Assembly (NCBI GenBank): GCA_903922175.1
Contig: CAIXSY010000232.1
Location: forward strand, 1 to 50,666
DNA length: 50,666 bases
Direction: 5' to 3'
Source of the DNA: an uncultured delta proteobacterium
GTDB taxonomy: Bacteria > Bdellovibrionota_C > UBA2361 > CAIXSY01
Part shown: positions 9,239 through 18,728 of the stretch, piece after piece
How positions within the stretch are numbered: position 1 is the first letter of the stretch
Layout of the letters: each line of letters opens with the position of its first letter
The notes under the pieces: model-generated
Told to the model about the DNA's origin: nothing
What the model saw: the letters and a program-made list of their open reading frames with translations, nothing else
The model's database searches: none
Position numbers and translations under genes: made by a program

Positions 9239-10702
9239 ATGCACCAATCTTATAAATACTTGTTCGTCCTCCTATTTTGCATGACGGCGTCACCAGCATG
9301 GTCGACGGATACGAGCTTGTCATTATCCAGAGTTTGCAGCGCTTTGAAAGCAAGGAGTGTTGAGCTTTTGCAGCGTGCCTTGAAGGAGGAAAAGGTCGAT
9401 ACGCTTTCAACCTGCGAATTTAGCAGTGGGACATTAGTTGAGATTGCGCTTCAGCAAACTGCGACCCAGCAGGGCGAAGAGAGTGGGTACGAGATGGCAG
9501 CTGCGCTATTAAATAACGGAGCACAGCTAAATATTCGTCTGAACTCAGGCTACACCCCTGCGACCGCGCTATTAGCCCAAAGACTTGGCGACCATCGTTT
9601 ACTACGATTTTTACTCGAGCATGGCGCAAACCTTAAAGAACCTGTGTTTCCACCGCCAGCAGGCGGCAGCGATCCCTTTCATGATATGAGCAAGGCAACT
9701 CTGCTCATGTTAGCGGCAAGGTCTGACAGTCTTGATCTTGCATTCCAGAAAAAAAACGTTTTGAGCGCGGATGACGCATTTTCGAACTACGCCTCCAAAA
9801 GAGCTTTTTTTACCGCTCTCATAGCGGCGTCAGACCTCGATGCCCAAGATGCATATGGACGAAGTGTGCTGCATCATTCCGTGCTGGAGAATTGTGAAGA
9901 TCTGACTGTGGTGCTAGTGCAGACGGGAGCAAAACGCGCGCAGACTGATCTTGCAGGGCAAGCCCCCTTGGACTACGCCCTAGCACTTGGGAGGCAGAGT
10001 CTCGTACATGCTCTTGAGCAGCAGGTCCTACCTCCTGAAGCAGCACCGCCAGCAGCTGCGTCAGCTTCACCAGTCGTATCTCCAGGTATTCCGCAGCAGA
10101 AGGAGGGTGCTGAAACGACTAGTACTGCAGGTGATATAATCAATAATACGGTTCCACCTCCTACTGTTCCGTCGGCCACAACAGAGACCCCGCAGCCTGC
10201 GGAAGCTACAATCGTGGAACCTGTAACAACGGAGTCTAATAGGGTAGAGGTGAAACAGGCTGCAACGGAGTCCGAGGTATCGCCCCCTACAACAGCCCCT
10301 GCCACTACCACGACCACTATTCCTGCGTTAACCCATACCAGCCCACCTGCACCAACCTACACATTCAAGGATGGCGCAGACGCGGCGAACCGTGGCAACT
10401 TTAAGGAAGCACGCCAAATTTGGGAAAACCTCGCACCGACAGGGGATAGTAACGCCATATACAGTTTAGGACGCATATACGCACGTGGAGACGGCGTGAG
10501 TCGAGACTTTTCTAAGGCGAGACACTACTTCGAAGATGCTGCCAAATTAAAGCATCCAGGGGCGCTCTACGGACTTGGATTGATGTATCTTCGAGGAGAT
10601 GGAGTAGCCAAAAATAAAACGCTCGGCACGCAGTACATTGAGAGAGCTGCAGCCATGGGGCATAAGCCAGCTCAAGATATGCTACTAAACATCAGTGAAT
10701 AA
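9239..10702 (+). CDS. secreted ankyrin-repeat / Sel1-repeat protein
   Basis: Sec-type signal peptide (LFVLLFCMTASPAWS). ANK-like repeats are present (GYTPATALL...LLEHGANL; GRSVLHHSV...LVQTGAK; GQAPLDYAL). A Pro/Thr/Ala-rich linker follows. The C-terminus carries three Sel1-like repeats (YSLGRIYARGDGVSRDFSKARHYFEDAA, LYGLGLMYLRGDGVAKNKTLGTQYIERAA). Confidence 0.8.
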   Translation: MHQSYKYLFVLLFCMTASPAWSTDTSLSLSRVCSALKARSVELLQRALKEEKVDTLSTCEFSSGTLVEIALQQTATQQGEESGYEMAAALLNNGAQLNIRLNSGYTPATALLAQRLGDHRLLRFLLEHGANLKEPVFPPPAGGSDPFHDMSKATLLMLAARSDSLDLAFQKKNVLSADDAFSNYASKRAFFTALIAASDLDAQDAYGRSVLHHSVLENCEDLTVVLVQTGAKRAQTDLAGQAPLDYALALGRQSLVHALEQQVLPPEAAPPAAASASPVVSPGIPQQKEGAETTSTAGDIINNTVPPPTVPSATTETPQPAEATIVEPVTTESNRVEVKQAATESEVSPPTTAPATTTTTIPALTHTSPPAPTYTFKDGADAANRGNFKEARQIWENLAPTGDSNAIYSLGRIYARGDGVSRDFSKARHYFEDAAKLKHPGALYGLGLMYLRGDGVAKNKTLGTQYIERAAAMGHKPAQDMLLNISE

Positions 10703-10718
10703 TGATCAATCGGCTATA

Positions 10719-11384
10719 CTACTCAGTAAGCATCGTTTTGGCATCCTTGGGGGTAACCCATCCTTTTTTCCCCTGTGCGAGCTCTAGGCTCGCCTTATCA
10801 CCATTGAGGGCAGACTCATAAGAATCTTTTATCTTCGGGTTAACCAGAAACAGCTTTTCTTTTGCCTCGATGAACCACTGCGGAACGTCTATAAGACGCT
10901 TGGTGTAGGCAACTCGCACGACATCGAAGCCGAAAGGGGTTTTCATGGGAGGCGTTTTGGCCTGCACATTTTCAGGCGTGTACGATCCAAAACAAAATTC
11001 CGTCGAATCACCCCAGCTGGCTGCATGCGAAATAGACTGGCCTCGCTCAGTAAAGTCATATCTCTTTACGGCGACCTTCAATGTACCCTGTGAACGAGCC
11101 ATGAAAGAGTCACTTTTTACATCGACATTTTCAATTACTGATTCCTCCTTGAGGAGACCAGCGTCCACCAGCGCTCGCCACCACGGCCAACGGGCAGCAA
11201 CAAGCTCGACATGAGGAATTTTTCCGCCAGCCGAGATACAGAAGTTTTCATCCTTAAGAAATCTCTCCAATGCTGTGCTAAAATTTTCGACAGTCGGCTT
11301 ACGCGGGTCGGAGCAGTGTGTAAGAAGTACAGGGATGAGAACACACAATGCCCGTAGACAACGCCGGAACTTATTTTTTTTCAC
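10719..11384 (-). CDS. hypothetical envelope protein (possible lipoprotein)
   Basis: The 221-aa ORF has a GTG start followed by an A8 run, and a signal peptide with a Cys (LLTHCSD). No domain recognised. Confidence 0.55.
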   Translation of the reverse strand: MKKNKFRRCLRALCVLIPVLLTHCSDPRKPTVENFSTALERFLKDENFCISAGGKIPHVELVAARWPWWRALVDAGLLKEESVIENVDVKSDSFMARSQGTLKVAVKRYDFTERGQSISHAASWGDSTEFCFGSYTPENVQAKTPPMKTPFGFDVVRVAYTKRLIDVPQWFIEAKEKLFLVNPKIKDSYESALNGDKASLELAQGKKGWVTPKDAKTMLTE

Positions 11385-11539
11385 ATTAGATCCATCGGTT
11401 AGTTTGCCACCGAGAAGATTCTATGTCGAAGAGCTCTGATAATTCAATACCAAGTTCTAGCGTAACTAGTTACCTGTTTTCATTAGTCCACAAAAAGGAT
11501 AGGCTTCTGCTATCCACCTGTACGACTAAGGCAAGATCT

Positions 11540-12004
11540 ATGTATAAGCAAATGGTAGGGGCTATTACTGCGATCATGCTTATCAGCGGATGTAGCGGGC
11601 TAAATTATGTTCAGCCGGAGTCATCCAATAAACCCTGCATAAAAAACTTCAAAGTGCAGGGAAGCATGCTTAGTGGACAGACTTTTCTTACTTGGAGCAC
11701 CATTCAAGGGCTAGATCGCCGTCGAACACTACCTCAGATTGCAACCCTCCTCGAATCAGATGATTTTGAAGTTATTCAAGTCGACCAATCTAAGGGTCTT
11801 ATTAGAGCATTGCACAAGCCGACCATGGCCGCCGGCAGGGAGCGGGCAGCCGTGCTTGATGCGTCGATCAAGACTCAGCAAGGTAAATCGACCATCTCTC
11901 TTAGCTTCAGAACTAACGCCGGTCAGTTCGTTTCTGATGGTGACGTGCAGTCTACCTTTTGTAAGATGCTTGAGGCTACCATCGTTGAGGGGGCAGGATA
12001 TTGA
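11540..12004 (+). CDS. hypothetical lipoprotein
   Basis: The track ORF starts at 11423. The internal ATG at 11540 gives a classical signal peptide plus lipobox (AITAIMLISGCSG), so I prefer it. Confidence 0.5.
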   Translation: MYKQMVGAITAIMLISGCSGLNYVQPESSNKPCIKNFKVQGSMLSGQTFLTWSTIQGLDRRRTLPQIATLLESDDFEVIQVDQSKGLIRALHKPTMAAGRERAAVLDASIKTQQGKSTISLSFRTNAGQFVSDGDVQSTFCKMLEATIVEGAGY

Positions 12005-12094
12005 GGTCTTCGCTGTGGTTTAAGCCACAAGCAGCCTGGGCCCCTGAGGGTGCCTTGCACTTTACAGCCATTTCTCTATACTACCCTTCAATTC

Positions 12095-12178
12095 GCCCTG
12101 GTGCTGGAATTGGTAGACAGGCATGATTCAGGGTCATGTGTCCGCAAGGGTGTGAGAGTTCAAGTCTCTCCCAGGGCA
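12095..12178 (+). tRNA. tRNA-Leu (anticodon CAG)
   Basis: Acceptor stem GCCCTGG/CCAGGGC with discriminator A. Conserved GGAATTGGTAGAC D-loop. Anticodon loop TTCAGGG (CAG). Long variable arm. T-arm GAGAG-TTCAAGT-CTCTC. No encoded CCA. Confidence 0.9.
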
Positions 12179-12273
12179 TGCACCTACGCCCGCTGGCGCG
12201 GGACTCCGGCGCACGAGCCACGTAAATGTGAGTTCGCTTGCCCGCCGGAGTCGCCGTCAGGCGCGTAGGAGGG

Positions 12274-12290
12274 AGTCTCTCCCAGGGCAT
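12274..12290 (+). repeat. 17-nt direct repeat of the tRNA-Leu 3' end (att-like scar)
   Basis: AGTCTCTCCCAGGGCAT at 12274-12290 is identical to 12163-12179 (T-arm 3' half plus acceptor 3' strand). The 94-nt spacer folds as an imperfect hairpin, 12183-12211 with 12243-12269. Confidence 0.8.
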
Positions 12291-12587
12291 TAAAATTACT
12301 AGAGAAGTTGCGTCGCCTCTAACGAGCTGTATCCGTTCACAGGCGTAACTTACTGGTAGGGCTAGGAATCCTTGCATGGGAACTGGGATTGCTGCCTGCC
12401 CCCGCTCCATACTCCAGGTCCGATTAAAGTGAGGGGAAAAACTGGAGCAGGAGCTGGAACAGGGATCGGTTCTAGTGAAAGAAATCAGGTAGTTGCCACC
12501 CGGTGAACGCATATAGAGGTCTAGAATGCTTAGGGATTTTAGTTGCTGTACTTTTTCACCTAGACTTTGCAGTCAATTTAGGAAGAT

Positions 12588-12767
12588 ATGACTATGTACA
12601 TTAGCAGGTCGCTCACCGTACTGATTGTCCTCTTGGCAATGCTTGGTTGCGATAAGATCAAGTATCCCTACGGCGATGCCAGCACGCCTAAGAATTCTCC
12701 AGCCTATACAGAGAAGGCCAATGTCGGCGGCGGCGTCTCTAAGATCGATGGGAAGGCAACTAAGTAG
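12588..12767 (+). CDS. small lipoprotein (59 aa), hypothetical
   Basis: Not in the ORF track because it is under 60 aa. AGGAAG precedes the ATG. The product is MTMYISRSLTVLIVLLAMLGCDK..., with a signal peptide and lipobox LGC. The in-frame stop is at 12765-12767. Confidence 0.45.
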   Translation: MTMYISRSLTVLIVLLAMLGCDKIKYPYGDASTPKNSPAYTEKANVGGGVSKIDGKATK

Positions 12768-12770
12768 TTC

Positions 12771-12786
12771 CTGTCCGCGAGCACAG
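12771..12786. promoter_or_regulatory. CTGT-N8-ACAG palindrome (LexA-box-like core or weak hairpin)
   Basis: CTGTCCGCGAGCACAG lies 194 nt upstream of the uvrB start. The spacer is GC-rich, unlike the gammaproteobacterial SOS box, and the site sits 4 nt after the stop of the small ORF. Confidence 0.2.
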
Positions 12787-12803
12787 GAGGTACAATAGTG
12801 CTG

Positions 12804-12960
12804 CGAGCGGAAAGTTTTACAACTTAGCCTTGAACTCCTGCTTGGCCGTGGCCTTGTTCTCTTCGACCTCGACTTTGACGTTTAAGCCTAAATCTAAGGG
12901 GAATTGACCAAGGCCAAGCGGGAGTTCAAGGCTAAGTTCAAGTGAAAAACTCTCCGCTCG
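12804..12960. repeat. 157-bp long-arm palindromic element upstream of uvrB
   Basis: 12822-12847 and 12912-12937 are 26-nt reverse complements with one mismatch. Outer arms 12804-12818 and 12945-12960 also pair with one mismatch. Confidence 0.75.
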
Positions 12961-12979
12961 AACCACTAGATCTACCACC

Positions 12980-15001
12980 GTGCCATTTCGAGACTCCCAC
13001 ACCCTCGCGGCCGCGCCCTTTACGTTGCGCTCGGAGTATCGTGCTCTCGGCGACCAACCGAACGCCATAAAAAAGCTCGACCAAAACCTACGCGACGGGG
13101 TGCGTTTCCAAACACTGCTCGGCGTTACCGGATCGGGCAAGACATTTACCATCGCCAGTGTCGTCGCCAAGCAGAACCGCCCCGTTCTCGTTGTCGCCCC
13201 GAACAAGACCTTGGCGGCGCAGCTCTACTCCGAATTTAAGGAGTTCTTCCCCGAAAATAGGGTGCGCTACTTCGTTAGCTACTACGACTACTACCAGCCC
13301 GAAGCCTACGTGCCTTCGACCGATACCTTTATCGAGAAGGACTCGGCGATTAACGAGGAGATCGATAAGATGCGCCATTCGGCGACGAAGGCGCTGCTCG
13401 AAACCAGAGACTGTATCATCATCGCCAGCGTCTCCTGTATCTATGGCTTAGGCGCACCGGAGGAGTACTTCAAGATGATGCTCTTCGTCGAAAAGGGACA
13501 GAGCATCACGCGTGAAGAGGTTTTGCGCAAGCTGGTGACGATGCAGTATCGCCGCTCCGAGGTTGAGTTTTCGCGCGGCGATTTTAGAGCGCGCGGCGAA
13601 ACGGTTGATATCTTCCCTTCTGATGCCGATGCTCGCGCTCTGCGCCTGGTGTTCTTCGGCGAAGAGATTGAGGAGATCCGCGAGATCGACTCACTCAGTG
13701 GGGCAACGCTGCGCAAGCTGGAAAGCGCGGCGATCTATCCGGTAAGTCACTTTGTGACCGACCGCGAGGCGATCGGCAAAGCCATCGTCTCAATCCGTGC
13801 TGAGCTCAAAGCACACCTCGTCAAGCTACGCGAGGCGGGCAAAGCGCTTGAAGCTGAACGCATCGAGCGGCGCACGCGTTATGACCTGGAACTTCTTGAA
13901 GAGATAGGCTTCTGTCCCGGTATCGAAAACTATAGCCGTCATATCGCCGGGCGCGCGGTGGGTGAGCCACCGGCGACGCTGATCGACTATTTCCCCAAAG
14001 ATCTTCTCCTCGTCGTCGATGAGAGCCACGTCACTATTCCACAAATTGGCGGTATGTATCGCGGAGATCGATCGCGCAAGCAGACCCTCGTCGACTTCGG
14101 TTTTCGTCTTCCCTCAGCACTCGATAACCGCCCGCTTAACTTTGACGAGTTTTGGGGACGAGTCGGACAGGCGATCTTCGTTTCGGCCACACCAGCCGAG
14201 TTCGAACTCGAAAAGAGCGGCACTAACATCATCGAGCAGGTCAATCGGCCTACCGGGTTACTCGATCCGCCGGTCTTTGTGCGTCCGGCAACACACCAAG
14301 TAGATGACCTGCTTGAAGAGATAAAGCTCACCGTCGAACGCGGCGAGCGCGTCCTCGTGACAACGCTCACCAAGAAGATGGCCGAGGACCTGGCCGAATA
14401 CCTCAAAGAGCTCGGCGTCAAGTGTCGCTACCTGCACTCCGACATTGACACTATTGAACGTGTCGAAATCTTGCGCGGACTAAGGAAGGGGGACTTTGAT
14501 GTCCTCATCGGCATTAACCTGCTGCGCGAAGGGCTTGACCTAGTCGAGGTCTCACTCGTGGCCATTCTTGACGCCGACAAGGAGGGCTTTTTACGTTCGG
14601 CGCGCTCCCTAATTCAGACCATGGGCCGTGCCGCACGAAATTTAAATGGACGGGTAGTCCTTTATGCCGATGTGATGACCGACTCGATGCGTCAGGCTAT
14701 CGCTGAGTGCGAGCGTCGACGTCAGATCCAAAGCGAATTTAACCGCCTGCACGGCATTGTCCCACAGAGCGCGCGCAGTATTATGCCGGCATCGCTGGCG
14801 ACTGTGGATGACGAGCTTTCAGCCGAGGTCCCGCTTCTCGGTTCTACCATCGAGATCCCAAAGGAGAGCGGCGCACGCGATGCTCTGATTGAGCGCCTAC
14901 GGAAAGAGATGTTTGATGCCGCTGCCAAGCGTGAGTATGAACGTGCCGCCGAGCTGCGCGATACCGTAGCTGAGATACAACGGCGAATAGTGATGAGTTA
15001 A
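12980..15001 (+). CDS. uvrB: excinuclease ABC subunit B
   Basis: GDQPNAI, Walker [27 protein letters not shown], helicase motifs and a C-terminal UVR domain ([10 protein letters not shown]). Near-colinear with E. coli UvrB. GTG start. Confidence 0.95.
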   Translation: MPFRDSHTLAAAPFTLRSEYRALGDQPNAIKKLDQNLRDGVRFQTLLGVTGSGKTFTIASVVAKQNRPVLVVAPNKTLAAQLYSEFKEFFPENRVRYFVSYYDYYQPEAYVPSTDTFIEKDSAINEEIDKMRHSATKALLETRDCIIIASVSCIYGLGAPEEYFKMMLFVEKGQSITREEVLRKLVTMQYRRSEVEFSRGDFRARGETVDIFPSDADARALRLVFFGEEIEEIREIDSLSGATLRKLESAAIYPVSHFVTDREAIGKAIVSIRAELKAHLVKLREAGKALEAERIERRTRYDLELLEEIGFCPGIENYSRHIAGRAVGEPPATLIDYFPKDLLLVVDESHVTIPQIGGMYRGDRSRKQTLVDFGFRLPSALDNRPLNFDEFWGRVGQAIFVSATPAEFELEKSGTNIIEQVNRPTGLLDPPVFVRPATHQVDDLLEEIKLTVERGERVLVTTLTKKMAEDLAEYLKELGVKCRYLHSDIDTIERVEILRGLRKGDFDVLIGINLLREGLDLVEVSLVAILDADKEGFLRSARSLIQTMGRAARNLNGRVVLYADVMTDSMRQAIAECERRRQIQSEFNRLHGIVPQSARSIMPASLATVDDELSAEVPLLGSTIEIPKESGARDALIERLRKEMFDAAAKREYERAAELRDTVAEIQRRIVMS

Positions 15002-15002
15002 G

Positions 15003-16862
15003 ATGGTACTTGATGCCAAGATACAGGAGGGGATCCTCACCGAACTCGGCGAGCAGGTATCCGCTTTCCCGCGACTTCCCGGCGTCTACCTGATGAAGAA
15101 CAACGAGGGAGCCGTCATTTACGTTGGTAAAGCCAAAGATCTGCGCGCACGGGTGAAGACCTACTTTCTTGGGGGGGACGGACGACGCCAGATCCAGTTT
15201 CTAATGCAGCGAGTGCACACACTTGAGAAAATCGTCACCGCAGGAGAGCAGCAGGCCCTCGTCTTGGAACGTGACCTGATTACGAAGTATAAGCCGCGCT
15301 ACAACATCAGACTCAAAGACGACAAAGCATTCCTCAGCATCCGTGTCGACGAGAACGAAGAGTGGCCGCGGTTGGAGCTCGTGCGTAAACGCGAGGATGA
15401 CGGAGCGCGTTATTTCGGCCCCTACAGCTTTAGCTATGAGCTGCGCAGCATGCTCGAGATAATTAAACGCGTCGTGCCGCTTCGAACCTGCAGCAATACG
15501 GTTTTTTTTAATCGCCAGCGGCCGTGCCTCGAGTATCAGATAAAGCGCTGCTGCGGGCCATGCTGCTTGCCCGTGGGACGGGAGGAGTACCATAAACTTG
15601 TACGTCAAGCGATCTCATTTCTGAGCGGTAAAACCGATAGGCTCTTCGACGAACTCACCGCACAGATGGAAAAGGCCTCGGCCGACCTGCGCTTCGAAGA
15701 TGCGGCATTACTTCGCGATCGTCTCAATTTGCTGACTCAGTTCAAAGCGGGGAGTGCCCTCGTCTCCTCACGCGGCGAGGATCGCGACGTGTTTGCTCTC
15801 TACCGCGAGGAGCGTCTGGCGGCGCTATCGGTGATTAAGGTACGCGCGGGCAGGGTAGCGGAGAGTAAGAATTTCACCTTTACAGATGTGGAGGTTGCCG
15901 ACGAGGAGGTGCTTGAATCGGCACTCCTGCAGTATTACGAAAAGGGCCGCGAGATCCCCGAAGAGGTAATCTTGCCGATCGAGCTGCCCAATGCCTCTAT
16001 GCTTAAGGAAGCACTGGTCGCCAAACGCGAAGCGGCAATCGAGCTCACGGTGCCCGAACGTGGAATCAAAGCCCGCCTCCTTGATCTCGCTCTGGTCAAC
16101 GCGCGCGAGCACTTCGTCGCCACCTTCGATTCTGAAACGCGCTACAAAGAGCTCGCCCGAAAGCTTAGCCTAAAGCTAAAATTGCGCCAGATACCGCGGC
16201 GCATCGAGTGCGTCGATATCTCGAACCTGCAAGGGAGCGACATCGTCGGCGCGCTTGTTTCTTTTTTTGATGGCGTGCCGGACAAGACCTCGTATCGCAA
16301 ATACAAGATAAGTCATGAGGGTAAGCCTGACGACTTCGCCGCGATCAATGAAGTGGTAGGCCGACGGCTTGAGCGTGGTAAGGCTGAGGAGGGCCTTCCC
16401 GATCTGCTGCTTATAGACGGCGGCCCTGGCCAACTAGCGATGGCGCTTGAAGCGCGTGATGCACTCGGCGTAGAGCTTGAGATCATTTCAATAGCAAAGA
16501 TGCGCACCGAATCTGACGTGAGATCGAACGAGATTAACAAAAAGCCCGAGCGCATCTATATCGAAGGGGTCAAGGAACCGATTGAGCTTGACGAAGCCGA
16601 CGACGTGACCCAGTTTCTGCAGCGTATCAGAGACGAGGTACACCGCTTTGTGATCACCTTTCACCGAAATACTCGCGCCGGGCGAGTATTCCGCTCGCAG
16701 CTCGATGATATCCCCGGCGTTGGCCCAGAACGGCGTGCGCGGCTGCTTAAACACTTTAGTTCTACCGCGCGCATAGAACAGGCCTCAGTTGAAGAGATCG
16801 CCAAGATGGGACGAATGCCTGTCTCGTTGGCTGAGCGGATACTTGAGAGGATAAAAAAATAA
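15003..16862 (+). CDS. uvrC: excinuclease ABC subunit C
   Basis: N-terminal GIY-YIG domain (PGVYLMKN..G.VIYVGKAKDLR.RV..YF), a UVR domain (FEDAALLRD), and C-terminal Endo V-like and (HhH)2 regions. The start lies 1 nt after the uvrB stop. Confidence 0.95.
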   Translation: MVLDAKIQEGILTELGEQVSAFPRLPGVYLMKNNEGAVIYVGKAKDLRARVKTYFLGGDGRRQIQFLMQRVHTLEKIVTAGEQQALVLERDLITKYKPRYNIRLKDDKAFLSIRVDENEEWPRLELVRKREDDGARYFGPYSFSYELRSMLEIIKRVVPLRTCSNTVFFNRQRPCLEYQIKRCCGPCCLPVGREEYHKLVRQAISFLSGKTDRLFDELTAQMEKASADLRFEDAALLRDRLNLLTQFKAGSALVSSRGEDRDVFALYREERLAALSVIKVRAGRVAESKNFTFTDVEVADEEVLESALLQYYEKGREIPEEVILPIELPNASMLKEALVAKREAAIELTVPERGIKARLLDLALVNAREHFVATFDSETRYKELARKLSLKLKLRQIPRRIECVDISNLQGSDIVGALVSFFDGVPDKTSYRKYKISHEGKPDDFAAINEVVGRRLERGKAEEGLPDLLLIDGGPGQLAMALEARDALGVELEIISIAKMRTESDVRSNEINKKPERIYIEGVKEPIELDEADDVTQFLQRIRDEVHRFVITFHRNTRAGRVFRSQLDDIPGVGPERRARLLKHFSSTARIEQASVEEIAKMGRMPVSLAERILERIKK

Positions 16863-16909
16863 GCGTTGCGCTTCCTTCGACTTTGCTCAGGACAAGTCCG
16901 CGCAACGCT
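16862..16909 (+). terminator. GC-rich hairpin after uvrC (possible terminator or REP-like)
   Basis: AGCGTTGCGC (16862-16871) pairs perfectly with GCGCAACGCT (16900-16909). The loop is 28 nt and there is no U-tract, so an intrinsic terminator call is weak. Confidence 0.3.
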
Positions 16910-17004
16910 AGCCTTTACAATGACCCCGCTATTTCTCACCTGTTCTGCACGTTCTCACTAACTTCGACATGGTCTACCTGAAGCAACTATGCTATATTAA
17001 ATCT

Positions 17005-17220
17005 ATGGCAAAACCAAAAATTTCCGACTTTCTTGAACTCTCAGTTCCTGAGCGGATCCAATTAGTTCAGGACATCTGGGATACTATTGCCGAAGTACCA
17101 GAATGCCTAGAGCTCACAAAAGAGCAAAAACAGGAAATTGACCGACGAATTGAAAAATTAGATCGGCATCCTGACACCGCCATTGAATGGTCCACTCTAA
17201 AGGAAAGGATCGGTCTTTAA
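17005..17220 (+). CDS. type II antitoxin (putative addiction-module component family)
   Basis: Small acidic protein MAKPKISDFLELSVPERIQLVQDIWDTI...LTKEQKQEIDRR, matching the addiction-module antitoxin family usually paired with ParE/RelE toxins. Its stop lies 2 nt before the toxin start. I prefer the ATG at 17005 over the track start at 16969. Confidence 0.7.
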   Translation: MAKPKISDFLELSVPERIQLVQDIWDTIAEVPECLELTKEQKQEIDRRIEKLDRHPDTAIEWSTLKERIGL

Positions 17221-17222
17221 AA

Positions 17223-17516
17223 ATGAAAGTTCGCTACTCTGAAGAAGCGGCTTCTGAACTAGAAGCCGCGGCCCACTGGTATGAGGAGAGTAGGCCTGGA
17301 CTGGGATCAGAGTTCGTACTGTCTATTGAAGCCGCTCTTGCCTCGATCCTGAGAACTCCACAGCTATATGCACAAGCTCATCGTTCAGATGTTCGCCGTG
17401 CACTTATTAAGAGATTTCCTTACGGATTATTTTTTAGAGTAAAAGATGATTGGATTGAAATCGTTTCGGTATTTCATCTACGAAGAAATCCCAAAGCTTT
17501 GAAGCAAAGGCTTTAG
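17223..17516 (+). CDS. type II toxin, RelE/ParE family
   Basis: The 97-aa product (A..EL..A..WYEE..PGLG..F......A...I...P.......DVRRAL.KRFPY.LFFRV......IVSVFH.RRNP) is the typical ParE/RelE plasmid-stabilisation pattern. I prefer the ATG at 17223 over the track start at 17187. Confidence 0.75.
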   Translation: MKVRYSEEAASELEAAAHWYEESRPGLGSEFVLSIEAALASILRTPQLYAQAHRSDVRRALIKRFPYGLFFRVKDDWIEIVSVFHLRRNPKALKQRL

Positions 17517-17702
17517 CGCATTACCATGGTCTTAGAGGACACCAACCAATCTGCTGGCCTCATCAACCTCCAGTAGTTTAGACCGCATCGCGCGGAACAG
17601 TCTCTAGCTATTTGAGACTGTAATGACTGACACTATGGCATAGAGAATCCATATTTGCATTTTTTTTGCTTCTCTAATGCGCGCGCTATCTGTTTTATAA
17701 TT

Positions 17703-18152
17703 TCATCGAACGATATTGCAATCGGGGAGGGCGTCAAGCCTAGATGCGGAGGTTAAGATAGCCAGAGCCCCCGCATAAAACGCCATCCAATGCCCGGAAA
17801 ATCCTTTAACAGCGTCAAGTGGCGGCGGGCTCAGGTGACTGGAGGTCACGCCCGAGAGGAAGAATATAGAGAAATTAAATATTGCGTAAACGAAAAAGAC
17901 AGCGGTCATCGTTCTCATCCACCTCGGACACCCACGGAGTGCTGCCTTCCAGAAGTCAGCACGCTTGCTGAACTTGGTAAGTTTCATTGAATATAGGACA
18001 GCCGGTAGACCAACGATAAAGAGTCCCACATGCAATAGCCAAACGTATTCACCAAAGATGGCGACGTCGACTAAGGCACAAAGGTGAACGGCTATGCTGA
18101 GAACCAATCCAACACCGGCCAGAATTGCAAAAAGTGTAGCTACGGTTTTCAT
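17703..18152 (-). CDS. hypothetical membrane protein (4 TM)
   Basis: The 149-aa ORF has four hydrophobic helices. The local sequence is AT-richer. No domain recognised. Confidence 0.55.
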   Translation of the reverse strand: MKTVATLFAILAGVGLVLSIAVHLCALVDVAIFGEYVWLLHVGLFIVGLPAVLYSMKLTKFSKRADFWKAALRGCPRWMRTMTAVFFVYAIFNFSIFFLSGVTSSHLSPPPLDAVKGFSGHWMAFYAGALAILTSASRLDALPDCNIVR

Positions 18153-18285
18153 AGGTAGAGGGGTGGTAAAAAGGGCTTAACGTCTTTGACGCTGACCTAA
18201 GTGCCGATTCAAAATACGCAAGTCCTTCAAATTATACAACTTATCCACGCCCAAAGACCGGCTTCACCAGCTCGCCTCCACTTGT

Positions 18286-18630
18286 GTGGGAATTACTGGC
18301 GCTGACCTATATTTTGGGGGAAATTATGGCGAAGGAATAGCGCTTATTTTAATAACTAACTCACCAGCGAAAAACATTTCAGACGTGCGCTCTTTCGATG
18401 TAATGCGCACGGTGACTCGCCTATCCGCGGATGGCTTGGGAACTCGCGATGTTATAAAAGACCTTCTATTACAATGCGGGTATCAGACGGTCGAGCGCGG
18501 GAATTTACTGAGCGTAAATGACGGACGCGTTAAACCTTGGCTTATTGAATTCGATGCCGAGGGGCGCTTCCTTAAGTTTGGAGGTGAATTAGAGCTTACT
18601 CCGCCACCAGCACCCCCTCCGCGCTTTTGA
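18286..18630 (+). CDS. hypothetical protein
   Basis: The 114-aa ORF has a non-ATG start and no recognisable domain. Coding status is uncertain. Confidence 0.35.
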   Translation: MGITGADLYFGGNYGEGIALILITNSPAKNISDVRSFDVMRTVTRLSADGLGTRDVIKDLLLQCGYQTVERGNLLSVNDGRVKPWLIEFDAEGRFLKFGGELELTPPPAPPPRF

Positions 18631-18728
18631 TGATTAATTGGTCTCCATTTATTTCGATGCACTGCTCTTAGTAGGTTGGGGACGCTACTGACATATCAAC
18701 GTTCTTCCTCTACTTCCTCCAAATTACT

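Noticed and set aside
12050-12512. ORFs 12050-12268 (+) and 12081-12512 (-) overlapping the tRNA-Leu gene
   Set aside because: They run through a canonical tRNA and its duplicated 3' end. Their composition is Arg/Pro/Ser-rich and non-protein-like.
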